A stretch of DNA of 64,000 bases from Paracoccaceae bacterium (GCA_041397225.1 JAWKXB010000001.1:431391-495390); one strand, 5' to 3'. Counted from the stretch's first letter, positions 50,950-61,777 are shown. A program made the numbers and translations. The notes: generated by a model not told the origin, from the sequence alone.

Positions 50950-52029
50950 TCAACCCCAGCAGAGATCCTTGCCTTCGGCGACCGAGATAGACTCGACGCC
51001 GTCGACCGGCTTGTCAGTGACCAGCGCAACGCCCGTGTCGGTAAAGTCCTTGCCCGGCGTCGGCTCGGGCTTGACGCCTTCGTCGGCCCATTTCTTGACT
51101 GCCTCGACACCTAGCGAGGCCATCAGCAGCGGATATTGCTGCGACGTCGCGCCGATGACGCCCGCCTCGACGTTCTGGATGCCGGGGCAACCCCCGTCAA
51201 CGGAGACGATCAGCACATCGCCCTCGCGCCCGATGGCCTTGAGCGCCTCATAGGCACCGGCGGCGGCAGGTTCGTTGATCGTGTGTACGACGTTGATGGA
51301 TGGGTCCTTGGCAAGGAGGTTTTCCATTGCGCGACGCCCCCCCTCTTCGTTTCCGTCGGTGACATCGCTGCCGACGAGCCGCGGATCGGTTTCATCGCCA
51401 ATCACCTTCGGATCGGCCAGATCGACGCCGAAGCCCTCGAGGAATCCCTGGTTGCGCAACACGTCGACCGTCGGCTGGCTCACGTTGAGATCGAGCGTCG
51501 CGATCTTGGCGTCCGCTGCCGCATCGCCAAGTGTCTGCCGCGCCCATTGCCCGATCAGCAGGCCGGCCTGGTAGTTGTCGGTCGCGAACGTAGCGTCCGC
51601 CGCGTCGATAGGATCGAGCGGCGTGTCAAGCGCGATCACCAGAACACCCGCATCCCGCGCCTGCTGGACAGCCGAGACGATGGACGAGGTGTCCGAGGCG
51701 GTTAGCAGGATGCCCTTGGCGCCGTCCAGAATGCAGGTCTCGATGGCCTGAACCTGCGTTTCATGGTCGCCGTCGATCTTGCCGGCAAACGCCTTGAGCG
51801 TCATGCCAAGCTCTTCCGCCTTCGCGGCCGCACCCTCCTTCATCTTGACGAAGAAGGGATTGGTGTCGGTCTTGGTGATCAGGCACACGGTTTCGCCTTC
51901 GGCCAGCGCCGGTCCGGCAAAAGCGGTGGTCAAAAGTGCTATGGTGGCACCAGCACACAGTGATTTCATGGTCGTTCCTCCTGCAACTGTCGTTTTCATG
52001 GTCGTTCTCCCTGCGGTCTTCGAAATCAT
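50950..52029 (-). CDS. frcB: Sugar ABC transporter periplasmic binding protein (FrcB-like)
   Basis: Peripla_BP-type body and the signal peptide [23 protein letters not shown]. There are three in-frame ATGs 30 nt apart (52029, 51999, 51969), each with its own SD, so the true start is ambiguous. Confidence 0.85.
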   Translation of the reverse strand: MISKTAGRTTMKTTVAGGTTMKSLCAGATIALLTTAFAGPALAEGETVCLITKTDTNPFFVKMKEGAAAKAEELGMTLKAFAGKIDGDHETQVQAIETCILDGAKGILLTASDTSSIVSAVQQARDAGVLVIALDTPLDPIDAADATFATDNYQAGLLIGQWARQTLGDAAADAKIATLDLNVSQPTVDVLRNQGFLEGFGVDLADPKVIGDETDPRLVGSDVTDGNEEGGRRAMENLLAKDPSINVVHTINEPAAAGAYEALKAIGREGDVLIVSVDGGCPGIQNVEAGVIGATSQQYPLLMASLGVEAVKKWADEGVKPEPTPGKDFTDTGVALVTDKPVDGVESISVAEGKDLCWG

Positions 52030-52266
52030 GACTTTCCTCCTTGTCGGCTCCAGATCAAACCCGGCCTTCCCTTCGCCTTGATTGAACTCCGCGTCTTGGT
52101 TCCCGGTATGGCCGCCCGCAAGTACGCTGGCGTCCGGCGAAGCCTCTATTGCGTCTGATGAAGCGTCGCTTTGCCTGGAGCACCCCGCGCCCCTCCCCCG
52201 TCAGCGGATGGATTCGTCCACCGGAATGCGGTGTTTGTAGTGGGTTCACAGACGGTCTGTCAATAA

Positions 52267-52285
52267 TTACTTCCAAATGAAGTAA
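52267..52285. promoter_or_regulatory. Palindrome TTACTTC-caaat-GAAGTAA in the AT-rich patch between frcB and the ROK regulator (candidate operator)
   Basis: Perfect 7-bp arms with a 5-bp spacer. It lies in the only AT-rich stretch (52260-52300) of the 420-bp divergent region. Confidence 0.45.
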
Positions 52286-52450
52286 GTAGTAGATATACTG
52301 GAACCCGACCGCAGCGTTCACCATCCTGACGACGATCCTGCATCAAGCGCCGCGGCGGGCCACGCGCGCCGGAAGCCCTTCGTTTTGGGCCTGAGGCCGT
52401 GATCGGCGGGAAGCGGGCGAGCGCTTCGAACCACAGCAAGGGCAAAAGAC

Positions 52451-53659
52451 ATGGCGGACACAGGCAGAGACCGGCAATTGCAGAAAAGCCCGAATCGCGG
52501 GTCCAACCAGATCGCCGTGCGAAGCTACAACGAACGCCTGATCCTGCAATTGGTCCGACGGCATGGAAACCTGACAAAGCCGGAAGCCTCGCGGGCGACG
52601 GGCCTGTCGGCCAATGCCGTCTCAGTCATCTTTCGGGCCTTGGAGGATGAAGACCTTCTCATCCGGGAGGCGCCGCTCCGCGGGCAGATCGGCCAACCCT
52701 CGACCCCTATGCGCCTGAACCCCGATGCGCGCCATTACTTCGGACTTAAGATCGGGCGCAGAAGCGCCGATCTGGTGCTGATCAATTTCGTGGGAGTGGT
52801 GCTGTCTTCGATTTCGATCGCATATCCCTATCCCATGCCCGACGACATCCTGGAGTTCGTGAAGACAGGCACGCGGCAACTGCTGAAGGACACCCGCATG
52901 ACCAGAAAACGCGTCTTTGGCTTCGGCATAGCGATGCCTTTCGAATTCTGGAAGTGGACGGACGAGACCGATATGCCCAGGGATGCGATGGACGAATGGC
53001 GTACGGTCGACTTTCCCGCCCTGATTTCGCAGATCGTCCCCTGGCAGGTCGAAGTCGCCAACGACGCAACCGCCGCCTGCGGGGCGGAACTGACCTTCTC
53101 GATGTCGGACGAAACGCAGGACAGCATCTACATTTTCGTCGGCACCCTGGTCGGGGGTGGGGTCGTGCTGAACGGGAGCGTCTTTTTCGGGCGCAGTGGC
53201 AACGCCGGCGGCTTCGGACCGCTCCGAGTGCCATTCGGTCCGGAAGGCGCCAACCGACTGATCGACCACGCCTCACTGTTTGTGCTCGAGCGCATGCTGC
53301 GCGAGGCGGGATGCGAAGCCGCAGACCTATTGGCCGATCCCGGACTGTGGTCGGCGCATGCCGACATCGTCGATCGCTGGCTCGACCGCGCGGCGCTCGC
53401 GATCGCCTATGCCATCGCGTCGTCGCTATCCGTCATCGACTTTGAGGCCGTCGTGATTGACGGCAGCTTCCCGGAGGATGTCCGCTCGGCGCTTGTGTCA
53501 AAGGTCACGTCGGCGTTCTTCGCAATGGATTTGCGGGGCTTGCCGATTCCGTCGATTTCCGCCGGACGCTGGGGCGCCATTGCCCGCGCGGTCGGCGCAG
53601 CGGCGCTGCCGTTAAATGAAAGCTACTCGATCAACCAGAACACGCTGCTCCGGCACTGA
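52451..53659 (+). CDS. ROK-family transcriptional regulator
   Basis: 402 aa. N-terminal wHTH (NERLILQLVRRHGNLTKPEASRATGLSANAVSVIFRALEDEDLL) and a ROK sugar-kinase-like fold. Divergent from frcB. Confidence 0.85.
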   Translation: MADTGRDRQLQKSPNRGSNQIAVRSYNERLILQLVRRHGNLTKPEASRATGLSANAVSVIFRALEDEDLLIREAPLRGQIGQPSTPMRLNPDARHYFGLKIGRRSADLVLINFVGVVLSSISIAYPYPMPDDILEFVKTGTRQLLKDTRMTRKRVFGFGIAMPFEFWKWTDETDMPRDAMDEWRTVDFPALISQIVPWQVEVANDATAACGAELTFSMSDETQDSIYIFVGTLVGGGVVLNGSVFFGRSGNAGGFGPLRVPFGPEGANRLIDHASLFVLERMLREAGCEAADLLADPGLWSAHADIVDRWLDRAALAIAYAIASSLSVIDFEAVVIDGSFPEDVRSALVSKVTSAFFAMDLRGLPIPSISAGRWGAIARAVGAAALPLNESYSINQNTLLRH

Positions 53660-54180
53660 GCGCTGGCGCGCCATTCAATGTCCGGGCTGGCGCTTTCGTC
53701 GGGAAGACGCTCCAGGAGATTTCTGCGTATTCTCTAAACACCCGTCCGCGTCACTCAGGTCACTGGTGCCCAAGGCGCGGACAAGCTCCCTTTCGCCCAC
53801 CGCGTCTTGTAGCCCGGAAAACGCGAAGTATCCAAAGGCGTAACTATCTTCGAACCCAATTGAACTTGGGGAGACCGACGGCTGCCGAGCAAGTGGCCCT
53901 GAATGCCGGTCTCGAGGTCGCCAAAGGACGTCTTCCCACCGTCGAAGCGGACCAGTGCCACCGCAGCGACGCATCCTGCTCCACGCTGAACATCCTTGTT
54001 GCGCAGGACATCCACCGCCGGATGACTGAAAAGCTCTGCCGCTGAAGCGCCGAAACCGGCCGCAGAAGGTCTCGGGACGCGCGTGAGCGGATTGATGGGT
54101 CTTTCGCGGTCTGGCCGCATCACCCGATGCGGCGCCGTGCCGCCGCACCGGGTGCGCGATCACGGTCGTGGGACCGGCGC

Positions 54181-55830
54181 CTAAGCGTCGATCCACACGT
54201 TCGAGAGATCCTGGATGAGGTCCGGGCGAATGGTCACGTTCTGGATCGCCGGCCGGCTGTGGATGAACACCTTGCGCCAGAACGGCTGGACGATCACGCC
54301 GGAATCCTGAAGCCTGGCCTCGATCTTCGCCATCAGTTCCCGACGCTTCTCGACATCGACGATGGTAAGCGCCTCGTTCACCATCGCGTCGAACTCGGGA
54401 TCGGAATAGCCGGATTCGTTCCATGCCTCGCCGGAACGATAGGCCAGCGCCAGGACTTGGACGCCAAGCGGCCGCTGCGCCCATTGGGTCAGCGAGAACG
54501 GATACTTGGTCCAGTCGTTCCAGAAGGTCGAACCCGGCAGGATCGTGCGTTTGACCTTGAGGCCCGCGTCGCGCAACTGGGCCGCCACCGCATCGCCGGT
54601 GTTCAGGTTGAAGCCGTCGTCGAGCGAGATGATCTCGTGCTCGAAGTCGGCCTGGCCGGCTTCCTCCATGAGAGTGCGGGCCTTCTCCACGTCGCGTTCG
54701 ATCTTCGGAAGCTCGGCATATTCGGGGTGGATGGGGCAGACATGATGGTTCTCGGCGATCGACCCCGCGCCGTTGTAGCCGAGTTCGAGGATGACGTTGT
54801 TGTCGACGGCAAGCTGCACCGCGTTGCGCACGCGCTTGTCGTCGTAGGGCGGGCTGTTCACGTTCATGCGCGCGACGATGGTGCTTGCGGTGATGGTATC
54901 GTGCTGGGTCAGCCCTGCGGCTTGCAGAGCCTCCGCGAATTCCGGCGCGGTTTCATAGTTCATGTCGACTTCCTCCGCCTCGAAGGCAGAGACTACGGCC
55001 GATGGATCGGTTCCCGTGTCGACGAATTCGATCCCGTCGAGGGGCGCTTCGCCGCCCCACCACGGGCCGTTCTCGCGCCGCTTCACGACGGCCTTGATGC
55101 CGACGTCGAGCGATACGAACTCGAACGGGCCGGTTCCGACCGGATGCGCGGCGTAGTCGCCGCCGGCCGCGTCGAAACCCTTGTGGACCATCAACGCCGG
55201 ATAGTCCGACATGCCGGGAATGAGCGTGATGTCCGATTGCGCAGGCACCAGCCTGACGGTGTAATCGTCCACCTTCCCGATCGCCCCGGCCCGCGCCTTG
55301 CCGCTCTCTGGATCGACGAGCGAGGCCATCCGCGCGGCCATCGAGTTGCCCTCGACCGACTTGTCGCACCAGCGTTCGAGGTTGAAGACGACATCGTCGG
55401 CGGTGAAATCCTCGCCCGTGGTCCAGGTCGCGCCCTTGCGGACGTGAAGGATGTATTCGGTCGCGTCGTCGTTCGCTTCCCAGGATTCAAGCAGAACCGG
55501 CCGGAAGGTTCCGTCCGGGTTGGAACTGATGAGGGGTTCGAGGAATGTCCGCGCGATGTTGCCCATTTCCGTCCAGTCGAACGTCCGCGGATCCTTGGGC
55601 TGATGCACGGTCATGGCGACGCGCAGCGTGCCGCCCTTCTTCGGTGTGGACGTCTGCGCGCTGGCCGGCACCGGCAGTCCGGCCAGGGCGAAGGCCGAGG
55701 CCGTTGTCACGCCAAGCGCGCTTGCCGTGGCAAGGAACTCGCGCCGGCTGAGCTTGCCGGCCCGCGTCGCTTCGGCGAGGTCGAGGACGAAAGAGGAAAC
55801 GCTGGATCCGTTCCGATTCAGAGGTCGCAT
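54181..55830 (-). CDS. ABC substrate-binding protein, family 5 (peptide/opine-type), Tat-type signal
   Basis: 549 aa from ATG 55830 (AAGGGAGAA SD): MRPLNRNG...[31 protein letters not shown]. The 302-aa upstream extension of the track ORF overlaps the M20 gene and is Arg/Gly-rich. Confidence 0.85.
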   Translation of the reverse strand: MRPLNRNGSSVSSFVLDLAEATRAGKLSRREFLATASALGVTTASAFALAGLPVPASAQTSTPKKGGTLRVAMTVHQPKDPRTFDWTEMGNIARTFLEPLISSNPDGTFRPVLLESWEANDDATEYILHVRKGATWTTGEDFTADDVVFNLERWCDKSVEGNSMAARMASLVDPESGKARAGAIGKVDDYTVRLVPAQSDITLIPGMSDYPALMVHKGFDAAGGDYAAHPVGTGPFEFVSLDVGIKAVVKRRENGPWWGGEAPLDGIEFVDTGTDPSAVVSAFEAEEVDMNYETAPEFAEALQAAGLTQHDTITASTIVARMNVNSPPYDDKRVRNAVQLAVDNNVILELGYNGAGSIAENHHVCPIHPEYAELPKIERDVEKARTLMEEAGQADFEHEIISLDDGFNLNTGDAVAAQLRDAGLKVKRTILPGSTFWNDWTKYPFSLTQWAQRPLGVQVLALAYRSGEAWNESGYSDPEFDAMVNEALTIVDVEKRRELMAKIEARLQDSGVIVQPFWRKVFIHSRPAIQNVTIRPDLIQDLSNVWIDA

Positions 55831-55904
55831 GTGATTTTCTCCCTTGGTTGCATCAGACTTGTCGTTGGGCCAGGCGCCGTTCGCCGACTGGCCGGTTTCA
55901 TCGC

Positions 55905-57044
55905 TCACACTCGTCCCGGATCGGCCATCAGCCCCGCCAGCACCTTCGTGCGCGGGACGAGGGACGATATCAGGATACGTTCTTCGGTCGTATGCGCCCC
56001 GTGCCCCATCGCGCCGAGGCCATCGAGGGTGGGCACGCCGAGCACGCCGGTGAAGTTGCCGTCCGATCCGCCGCCATGCTGGCCGTGCGGAAGGTCGAAG
56101 CCGATCTCGCCCGCGATGGCGCGGGCGCGTTCGTAGAGCGCGAGCGTGCCCTTTCCCGCCGTCCAGAGCGGGCGGACAGGGCCCTTCTCGACGCTGATCC
56201 GCACGCCGTGCCGCTCGCCTTCCAGCTCGGCCATGACGCGCCCGATCTCGGCCGACTTCTCGTCGCTGCGGGCGACGCAGAGCACCTCGGCGCGGCAGGA
56301 TTTCGGGACGCAGTTCACCCATCGACCGCCGCCGACGACGCCCACGGAATAGGTCGGGCCGGCCTCGAAGTCCGAGCGGTCCTCGAGCGCCTCGATGATC
56401 TGCGCCATCACCCGGATCGCCGAGCGGCCTTCCTTGTTGGTCCAGCCGGAATGGGCCGGGCGGCCGTGCGTCTCGATGGTGTAGCGGTGGAAGGCGTGGC
56501 GGCCGGTCGTCACCTCTCCGGTCTCCAGGAAGGCGGGCTCGGGGATCAGCACATGGGCGTGCCGCCGCGCCTCGCGCTCGATCAGGGCGCGCGAGACCGG
56601 GGAGCCGACCTCCTCGTCGCCGTTCAGCAGCACCGTGACCGACCGGTCGAGTCGACCCTGGGCGACGAGCGCCTTCAGCGCGGCGAAGGCCATGACGATT
56701 CCAGCCTTCATGTCGTAGATGCCCGGCCCGTAGCATCGGTCGCCCTCGCGGCGGATCGGCAGCGGACCGTCGAGGGTGCCGACCGGATGGACGGTGTCGA
56801 GATGGCCGATGACCAGGAGCGCCGGCGCATCCCCCGACCCCGGCCTCCGGCAGACGGTGCAGCCGGCAAGGCCGTTCCCGCCCGGCAGCCGCTCTACCGA
56901 AAAGCCCAGAGGCCGGAGGCTGTCGGCGGCGTGGGCCTGCATCCGCTCCACCCGCTCGGGCGCGAAGGTCGGGCTTTCGATGCGCACCCAGTCGAGGATC
57001 TCGCCCAGCAAGTCTGCTTCGGAGAAGTCGGGAAGGGTGTTCAT
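55905..57044 (-). CDS. M20-family metallopeptidase (carboxypeptidase G2-like)
   Basis: 379 aa, [14 protein letters not shown]...[17 protein letters not shown]...NGDEEVGS, which are M20 metal-ligand motifs. Confidence 0.8.
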   Translation of the reverse strand: MNTLPDFSEADLLGEILDWVRIESPTFAPERVERMQAHAADSLRPLGFSVERLPGGNGLAGCTVCRRPGSGDAPALLVIGHLDTVHPVGTLDGPLPIRREGDRCYGPGIYDMKAGIVMAFAALKALVAQGRLDRSVTVLLNGDEEVGSPVSRALIEREARRHAHVLIPEPAFLETGEVTTGRHAFHRYTIETHGRPAHSGWTNKEGRSAIRVMAQIIEALEDRSDFEAGPTYSVGVVGGGRWVNCVPKSCRAEVLCVARSDEKSAEIGRVMAELEGERHGVRISVEKGPVRPLWTAGKGTLALYERARAIAGEIGFDLPHGQHGGGSDGNFTGVLGVPTLDGLGAMGHGAHTTEERILISSLVPRTKVLAGLMADPGRV

Positions 57045-57062
57045 CGGGGTCGCGTCTCCGTC

Positions 57063-58622
57063 TCAGGTTTCCGGCGGGGCGCCGCCCTCGCGGGTGCGGC
57101 GGGCGATGTAGTCCTCGACGGCCTCGATCCGCGCCGGATCGACGGGCGGCGGCTCGAAGTCGGCGATCACACGTTTCCAGATCCGGTTGGCCCGCTCCGT
57201 CGCCGTCAGGGCGCCGTCATCGGTCCACTGGCCGAAATTGCGCCAGTCCGAGACGAGTGGTTCGTAGAACGCCGTCTCGTAGCGCGCGAGCGTATGGGCC
57301 GAGCCGAAGAAATGCCCGCCGGGGCCCACCTCGGCGATGGCCTCGAAAAGGCCGTCCGTCTCCTGCTCTGCCGACAGGAACAGATGCGCGAACATCTGCA
57401 ACATCTCGACATCGAGCACGAACTTGTCCAGCGAGGCCGAGAGGCCGCTTTCCAGCCAGCCGGCCGCATGCAACATCACGTTGACGCCGCCAAGCAGCGT
57501 GCCCCAGGCGGAGTTCATGAACTCGTAGGCCGATTGCGCGTCGGGCGCGTTCGACGCGGTGGCCCCCGATCCGCGCCAGGGCAGGTTCACGTGCCGGGCA
57601 AGCTGGCCCGCGCCGAAGGCCGCGCGGACGAATTCGGGCGTGCCAAAGGCCGGAGAGCCGGATTTCATGTCGACGTTCGAGGTGAACGAGCCATAGACGA
57701 CCGGGGCGCCGGGGCGCGCCAGTTGCGACAGCGCGATGCCCGCCAGCGCCTCGGCATGTTGTAGGGTCAGCGCGCCCGCGATCGTGACCGGGGCCATCGC
57801 GCCCATCAGCGTGAAGGGCGTGATGATGGTCGCCTGACCCGCTTCGGCAAAGTCGATGATGCCGTTGCACATCGGCCCGTCGAGCTGGCGCGGCGAGTTT
57901 GTGTTGATGACGGTAAAGCACCAGGGGCGCGCCTGGAACGCTTCAGCCGAAAGGCCTCGCCCCAGGCGGATCATCTGCCAGGTGTCCTCGGCCTGCGCGG
58001 TGCCGCGCGCATAGGCGAACATGGGCTTGTCGCTCAGCCGAAGCTGCCCGAGCATCTGCGCGTAGTGGCGGAGATGCACCGGCACGTCCTGCGGCTCGAC
58101 ACTCGAGCCCTGCATGTGCAGCACCTCGAAATGCTGCGACAGGCGGAAGAAATCCAGCATGTCCGCCTCGGTGCCCGACCGCCGACCCCGGTCGAGGTCG
58201 ATGACGTTCGGCGGGCCGCCGACGCAGGCGAAGGCCGCCGACCTTCCGCCGATCGCCACGTCGCGCTCCGGACTGCCGCCGCCGATGGTGAAGCTGGCCG
58301 GCGCGCTGGCAAGCGCATTGGCGACGAGGCCGCGGTCGATGAAGACCATGCCCTCCGCCTCGTCGATGCGCGCGCCGGCTCGGCGGAAAAGCTCGATGGC
58401 GCGGTCGTTGAGCACGCGGATGCCAAGCTCCTCGAGTACCCGCAGGGCGGAGTCGTGGATGGCGGCGATCTGGTCATCCGAAAAGGCGCGCTGAGGCTCG
58501 AGCGGATTCGTGAGATGCCGCCAGGTCTGCTTTCCGCCCGAGATCCCCCCGCCGGCTTCGCGACGCGCCCGCCTGCCGGCGCGCTGGGACCGTTCCGAGG
58601 ATCGGGTTTCAAGCACCGTCAT
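57063..58622 (-). CDS. MttB-superfamily methyltransferase, non-pyrrolysine type
   Basis: 519 aa with no internal stop. The N-terminus ...[26 protein letters not shown] and TIM-barrel body are typical of the trimethylamine-methyltransferase family. The start overlaps the upstream stop (ATGA). Confidence 0.8.
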   Translation of the reverse strand: MTVLETRSSERSQRAGRRARREAGGGISGGKQTWRHLTNPLEPQRAFSDDQIAAIHDSALRVLEELGIRVLNDRAIELFRRAGARIDEAEGMVFIDRGLVANALASAPASFTIGGGSPERDVAIGGRSAAFACVGGPPNVIDLDRGRRSGTEADMLDFFRLSQHFEVLHMQGSSVEPQDVPVHLRHYAQMLGQLRLSDKPMFAYARGTAQAEDTWQMIRLGRGLSAEAFQARPWCFTVINTNSPRQLDGPMCNGIIDFAEAGQATIITPFTLMGAMAPVTIAGALTLQHAEALAGIALSQLARPGAPVVYGSFTSNVDMKSGSPAFGTPEFVRAAFGAGQLARHVNLPWRGSGATASNAPDAQSAYEFMNSAWGTLLGGVNVMLHAAGWLESGLSASLDKFVLDVEMLQMFAHLFLSAEQETDGLFEAIAEVGPGGHFFGSAHTLARYETAFYEPLVSDWRNFGQWTDDGALTATERANRIWKRVIADFEPPPVDPARIEAVEDYIARRTREGGAPPET

Positions 58623-61042
58623 CCCCGCATCCTCGCGCCCGAGGGATCGTGCGGCGAGGCCGGAATGATCCGCGCAGGCCGCGGCTGGCCGATCACGTCC
58701 ACGGTCAGCGGGGGCTGGTCATCCACGACCGCGCTGTCGACATAGCCCATGGCAAGACTCTTTCCCAAGGTATGCCCGTAGGTCCCCGAGGTCACATAGC
58801 CGACGAACTGGCCGTCCGCGAAGATCGGCTCGAACCCGCCCGCATCGGCATCGGTCGCCTCCACCTCGAGCGTGACGAGCCGCCGCGCAGGCGCGCCCTT
58901 CTCGCGCTCGGCCAGGCCCGCGTCGCGGCCGATGAACCCCTCCTTGTCCCAGGCGACGAAGCGGTCGAGCCCGCTCATCGCCGGGGTATAGGCCCGCGAG
59001 AACTCGCGCGACCAGATGCCGAAGCTCTTCTCGACCCGAAGCGAGCCCATCGCGTAGAAGCCGACCTGCACCAGCCCGTGATCCCGCCCTGCATCCAGCA
59101 GCGTGCGATAAAGCTGCCGGTGCTCGACCGAGGGCAGGTTGATCTCGTAGCCCAGCTCGCCCATCACAGACAGCCGCGCCACCCGCGCCCGGTGCCGTCC
59201 GATATCCATTTCGGTGCAGGCCATGAACGGCATCGCCGCGTTCGAAAGGTCGGCCCCGGTCAGCGTCTGCAGGAAGTCGCGCGATTTCGGACCAGTGACG
59301 GCCAGGCCCGGCATCGCATCGGACACATCAAGGACCGAGACGCCGGTCGCCGGCATATGTTCGTCAAACCAGCGCATGTGCCAGGCGCGCAGGTAATATG
59401 ACCCCATCAGCCAGAACCGCGCGTCATCCCAGTTCAGCACGGTCAGATCGCCCATCAGCCGGCCCGCCGGCGTCAGCATGGGGGCGAGCTTCACCCGGCC
59501 TGGCGCGGGCAGGCGGCAGACCAGTATCCGGTCGAGGAAGGCGCGCGCGCCGGGCCCCGTGACCTCATAGCGCGAGAAGGCCGAGGTATCGAGCAGCGTC
59601 ACCCCCTCTCGCACGGCGCGACATTCCGCGGCGACGATGTCGAAGGCGTTCGAGCGTTTCAGGGTTGGCGTCTCGACAAAATCCTCGCCCCTGGGCGCGA
59701 AGTAGAGGGGCGCCTCCATCCCCCAGGACACGCCCCAGGCGCAGCCCTCGCCGGTCATCACGTCATAGGCGGGAGGTGTCTTCAGCGGCCGCCCGGCGGG
59801 CAACTGTTCGTTCGGATAGCTGATCAGGTAGCGGCGGGCATAGAACTGCCGTGTCGTGGCCTTGAGATAGGCATCGTTCGACGCGAAGGCGCCATAACGC
59901 GCCACGTCCATGCCGAAGATGTCCGCCTGCGGCTCGCCCGAGACGATCCATTCCGCCAAGGCCAGACCGACGCCGCCGCCCTGGCTGAAGCCGGCCATCA
60001 CGCCGCAGGCACACCAGAAGTTGCGCAGGCCGGGCACAGGTCCGACCAGCGGGTTGCCATCGGGCGTGAAGGTGAAGGCGCCGTTGACCCAGCGCTTGAT
60101 GCCGACATTCTGCAACACCGGATAGCGCTGGAACCCCATCGAAAGCTCGGGCGCGATCCGGTCCACGTCCTCGGGGATCAGGTCCATGCCGTAATCCCAG
60201 GGCGCGCCCTCCGGGCTCCAGTGGCGGGGGTCCGTCTCGTAGACGCCAAGCAGCAGGCCCTTGCCCTCCTGCCGGGCATAGGTGAAGCCTTCGAGGTCCA
60301 CCACGGTCGGAATTTCGTCGTCGAGCGCGGCGAGTTCCTCGATCCGATCCGTGACGAGATAGTGGTGCTGCATCGGCATCACCGGCAGATCGACGCCCAC
60401 CATGCGACCCACCCGCCGCGCCCAGAGACCCGCCGCGTTGATCACGTGTTCGGCGGTGCAGGTCCCCTTTTCGGTTACGACGGTCCAGCCGCCATCAGGA
60501 TTGGCATGTAACTCCAGCACAGCGTTGCGCAGGATCACCTCGGCCCCGCGCTTGCGGGCGGCTTCGGCGAAGGCATGGGTGGTGCCGTAGGGGTCCATGT
60601 AGCCGTCATTGGGATCCCACAGCCCGCCGAGGACGCCGGTCGTGTCGACGATCGGGCAGAGGTCGCGGATCTCGTCCGGGCCGATCAGGCAGGGATCGGT
60701 CAGCCCGATGGTTCGGAAGCCCGACAGCGCGCCCTGCAACCATTCCCACCGCTCCGGCGTACTGGCGTAGGTGATTGCGCCCCGCACCTTCATGCCTAGC
60801 GACTGCGTGGTCTCGGCCTGAAGCTCGTTGTACAACCCGATCGTGTAGGTTTGCAGCGCCGCGATGTTCGGGTCGGCGTTCACAGCGTGAAATCCCCCGG
60901 CTGCATGCCACGTTGATCCGGCCGTCAGCTCGCGCCGCTCGATCAGGGCTACATCGCTCCACCCGAGCTTGGCCAGATGATAGAGCACGCTCGTTCCCAC
61001 GATGCCGCCGCCGATCACCACAGCGCGATAGTGCGATTTCAT
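58619..61042 (-). CDS. Dimethylglycine/sarcosine-dehydrogenase-family flavoprotein (FAD oxidoreductase + GcvT folate-binding domains)
   Basis: 807 aa from ATG 61042: MKSHYRAVVIGGGIVGTSVLYHLAKLGW (FAD fold). The C-terminal half is aminomethyltransferase-like. Confidence 0.85.
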   Translation of the reverse strand: MKSHYRAVVIGGGIVGTSVLYHLAKLGWSDVALIERRELTAGSTWHAAGGFHAVNADPNIAALQTYTIGLYNELQAETTQSLGMKVRGAITYASTPERWEWLQGALSGFRTIGLTDPCLIGPDEIRDLCPIVDTTGVLGGLWDPNDGYMDPYGTTHAFAEAARKRGAEVILRNAVLELHANPDGGWTVVTEKGTCTAEHVINAAGLWARRVGRMVGVDLPVMPMQHHYLVTDRIEELAALDDEIPTVVDLEGFTYARQEGKGLLLGVYETDPRHWSPEGAPWDYGMDLIPEDVDRIAPELSMGFQRYPVLQNVGIKRWVNGAFTFTPDGNPLVGPVPGLRNFWCACGVMAGFSQGGGVGLALAEWIVSGEPQADIFGMDVARYGAFASNDAYLKATTRQFYARRYLISYPNEQLPAGRPLKTPPAYDVMTGEGCAWGVSWGMEAPLYFAPRGEDFVETPTLKRSNAFDIVAAECRAVREGVTLLDTSAFSRYEVTGPGARAFLDRILVCRLPAPGRVKLAPMLTPAGRLMGDLTVLNWDDARFWLMGSYYLRAWHMRWFDEHMPATGVSVLDVSDAMPGLAVTGPKSRDFLQTLTGADLSNAAMPFMACTEMDIGRHRARVARLSVMGELGYEINLPSVEHRQLYRTLLDAGRDHGLVQVGFYAMGSLRVEKSFGIWSREFSRAYTPAMSGLDRFVAWDKEGFIGRDAGLAEREKGAPARRLVTLEVEATDADAGGFEPIFADGQFVGYVTSGTYGHTLGKSLAMGYVDSAVVDDQPPLTVDVIGQPRPARIIPASPHDPSGARMRG

Positions 61043-61108
61043 CAATTCCGCCCGCGTTCGAAGCCTGTTCCGAGAACAAAGGCTAGGAGATCGGGCATGA
61101 TCTTTGTA

Positions 61109-61123
61109 TTGAATGTTGGTCAA
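61109..61123. promoter_or_regulatory. LysR-type box TTGA-N7-TCAA (contains T-N11-A) between dmgdh and the LysR gene
   Basis: TTGAATGTTGGTCAA, a dyad in the 129-bp divergent region. Confidence 0.4.
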
Positions 61124-61171
61124 CTCTAGTTTGAGTGTTCTTCAAATCATGACTGCTGCAGGAGGCGAACA

Positions 61172-61777
61172 GTGGCTTGGCACATTACCGCGCGGATGCT
61201 GCGCACGATCGTCGCGGTCGCGGATGCCCCGTCGATGACTGCCGCTGCGGCGCAGTTGAACGTCACGCCCTCCGCCCTTAGCCATCAGGTTCGCGATGCC
61301 GAGGCCGCGGCGCGCGTGGCGCTGTTCAACCGTACGAAGCGCAGGCTGACGCTGACGCCGCTCGGCCAGCAGCTTCTCGCCTCGGCCCGGATCATACTCG
61401 AGGAACTGGACCGCGCCGAAGAAGTGCTCGAGCGGTCCCGCAAGGGCGAGCAACCGGTCATACGGCTGGGCGGCGGCGCCTATCCGATCCACCGCTGGTT
61501 TCTGACGCGAAGACGGGTGCTGCCCGACGCCCATGTCGACTACATCTCGCGCACCAGCAACTTTCCCCTGGCCCGCGCCGTGGCGCAAGGCGAACTCGAC
61601 ATCGCCTTCGCGCCGGGTGAAACGCATGAACGCGGGGTCAGCGCGCTGCCGCTGTTCGACGACGACCTGGTCGCCGTCGTTTCGGCAAAACATGCGTTCG
61701 GTGCGGTGCCTTACCTTGAGGCCCGTGACCTAGGGTCAGGACCCATTCATTTACTTGAGGCCGCTCGGCCTGCATGA
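61172..61777 (+). pseudogene. LysR-family regulator truncated by IS insertion (native sequence ends about 61732; the last 14 codons are IS-encoded)
   Basis: GTG start with an AGGAGG SD. The HTH is LRTIVAVADAPSMTAAAAQLNVTPSALSHQVRD. Only about 187 of the roughly 300 aa expected for the family are present before the IS left end. Confidence 0.75.

Noticed and set aside
53755-54123. 122-aa minus-strand ORF as a real gene (antitoxin-like)
   Set aside because: It has no SD. Its resemblance to DUF2384 is only a loose pattern seen by eye, and the neighbouring frames are broken. It is reported only as possible relic DNA.
55831-56736. 302-aa N-terminal extension of the SBP ORF (54181-56736)
   Set aside because: It overlaps the M20 peptidase gene in another frame and is Arg/Gly/Pro-rich. 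The internal ATG 55830 has a good SD and is followed directly by a Tat-type signal peptide.
54127-57764. Two long plus-strand ORFs (54127-56136, 669 aa; 55848-57764, 638 aa)
   Set aside because: Both are antisense shadows of the SBP, M20 and MttB genes. They are Arg/Gly/Val/Asp-rich with no motifs, and the opposite strand has strong family signatures and SD sites.
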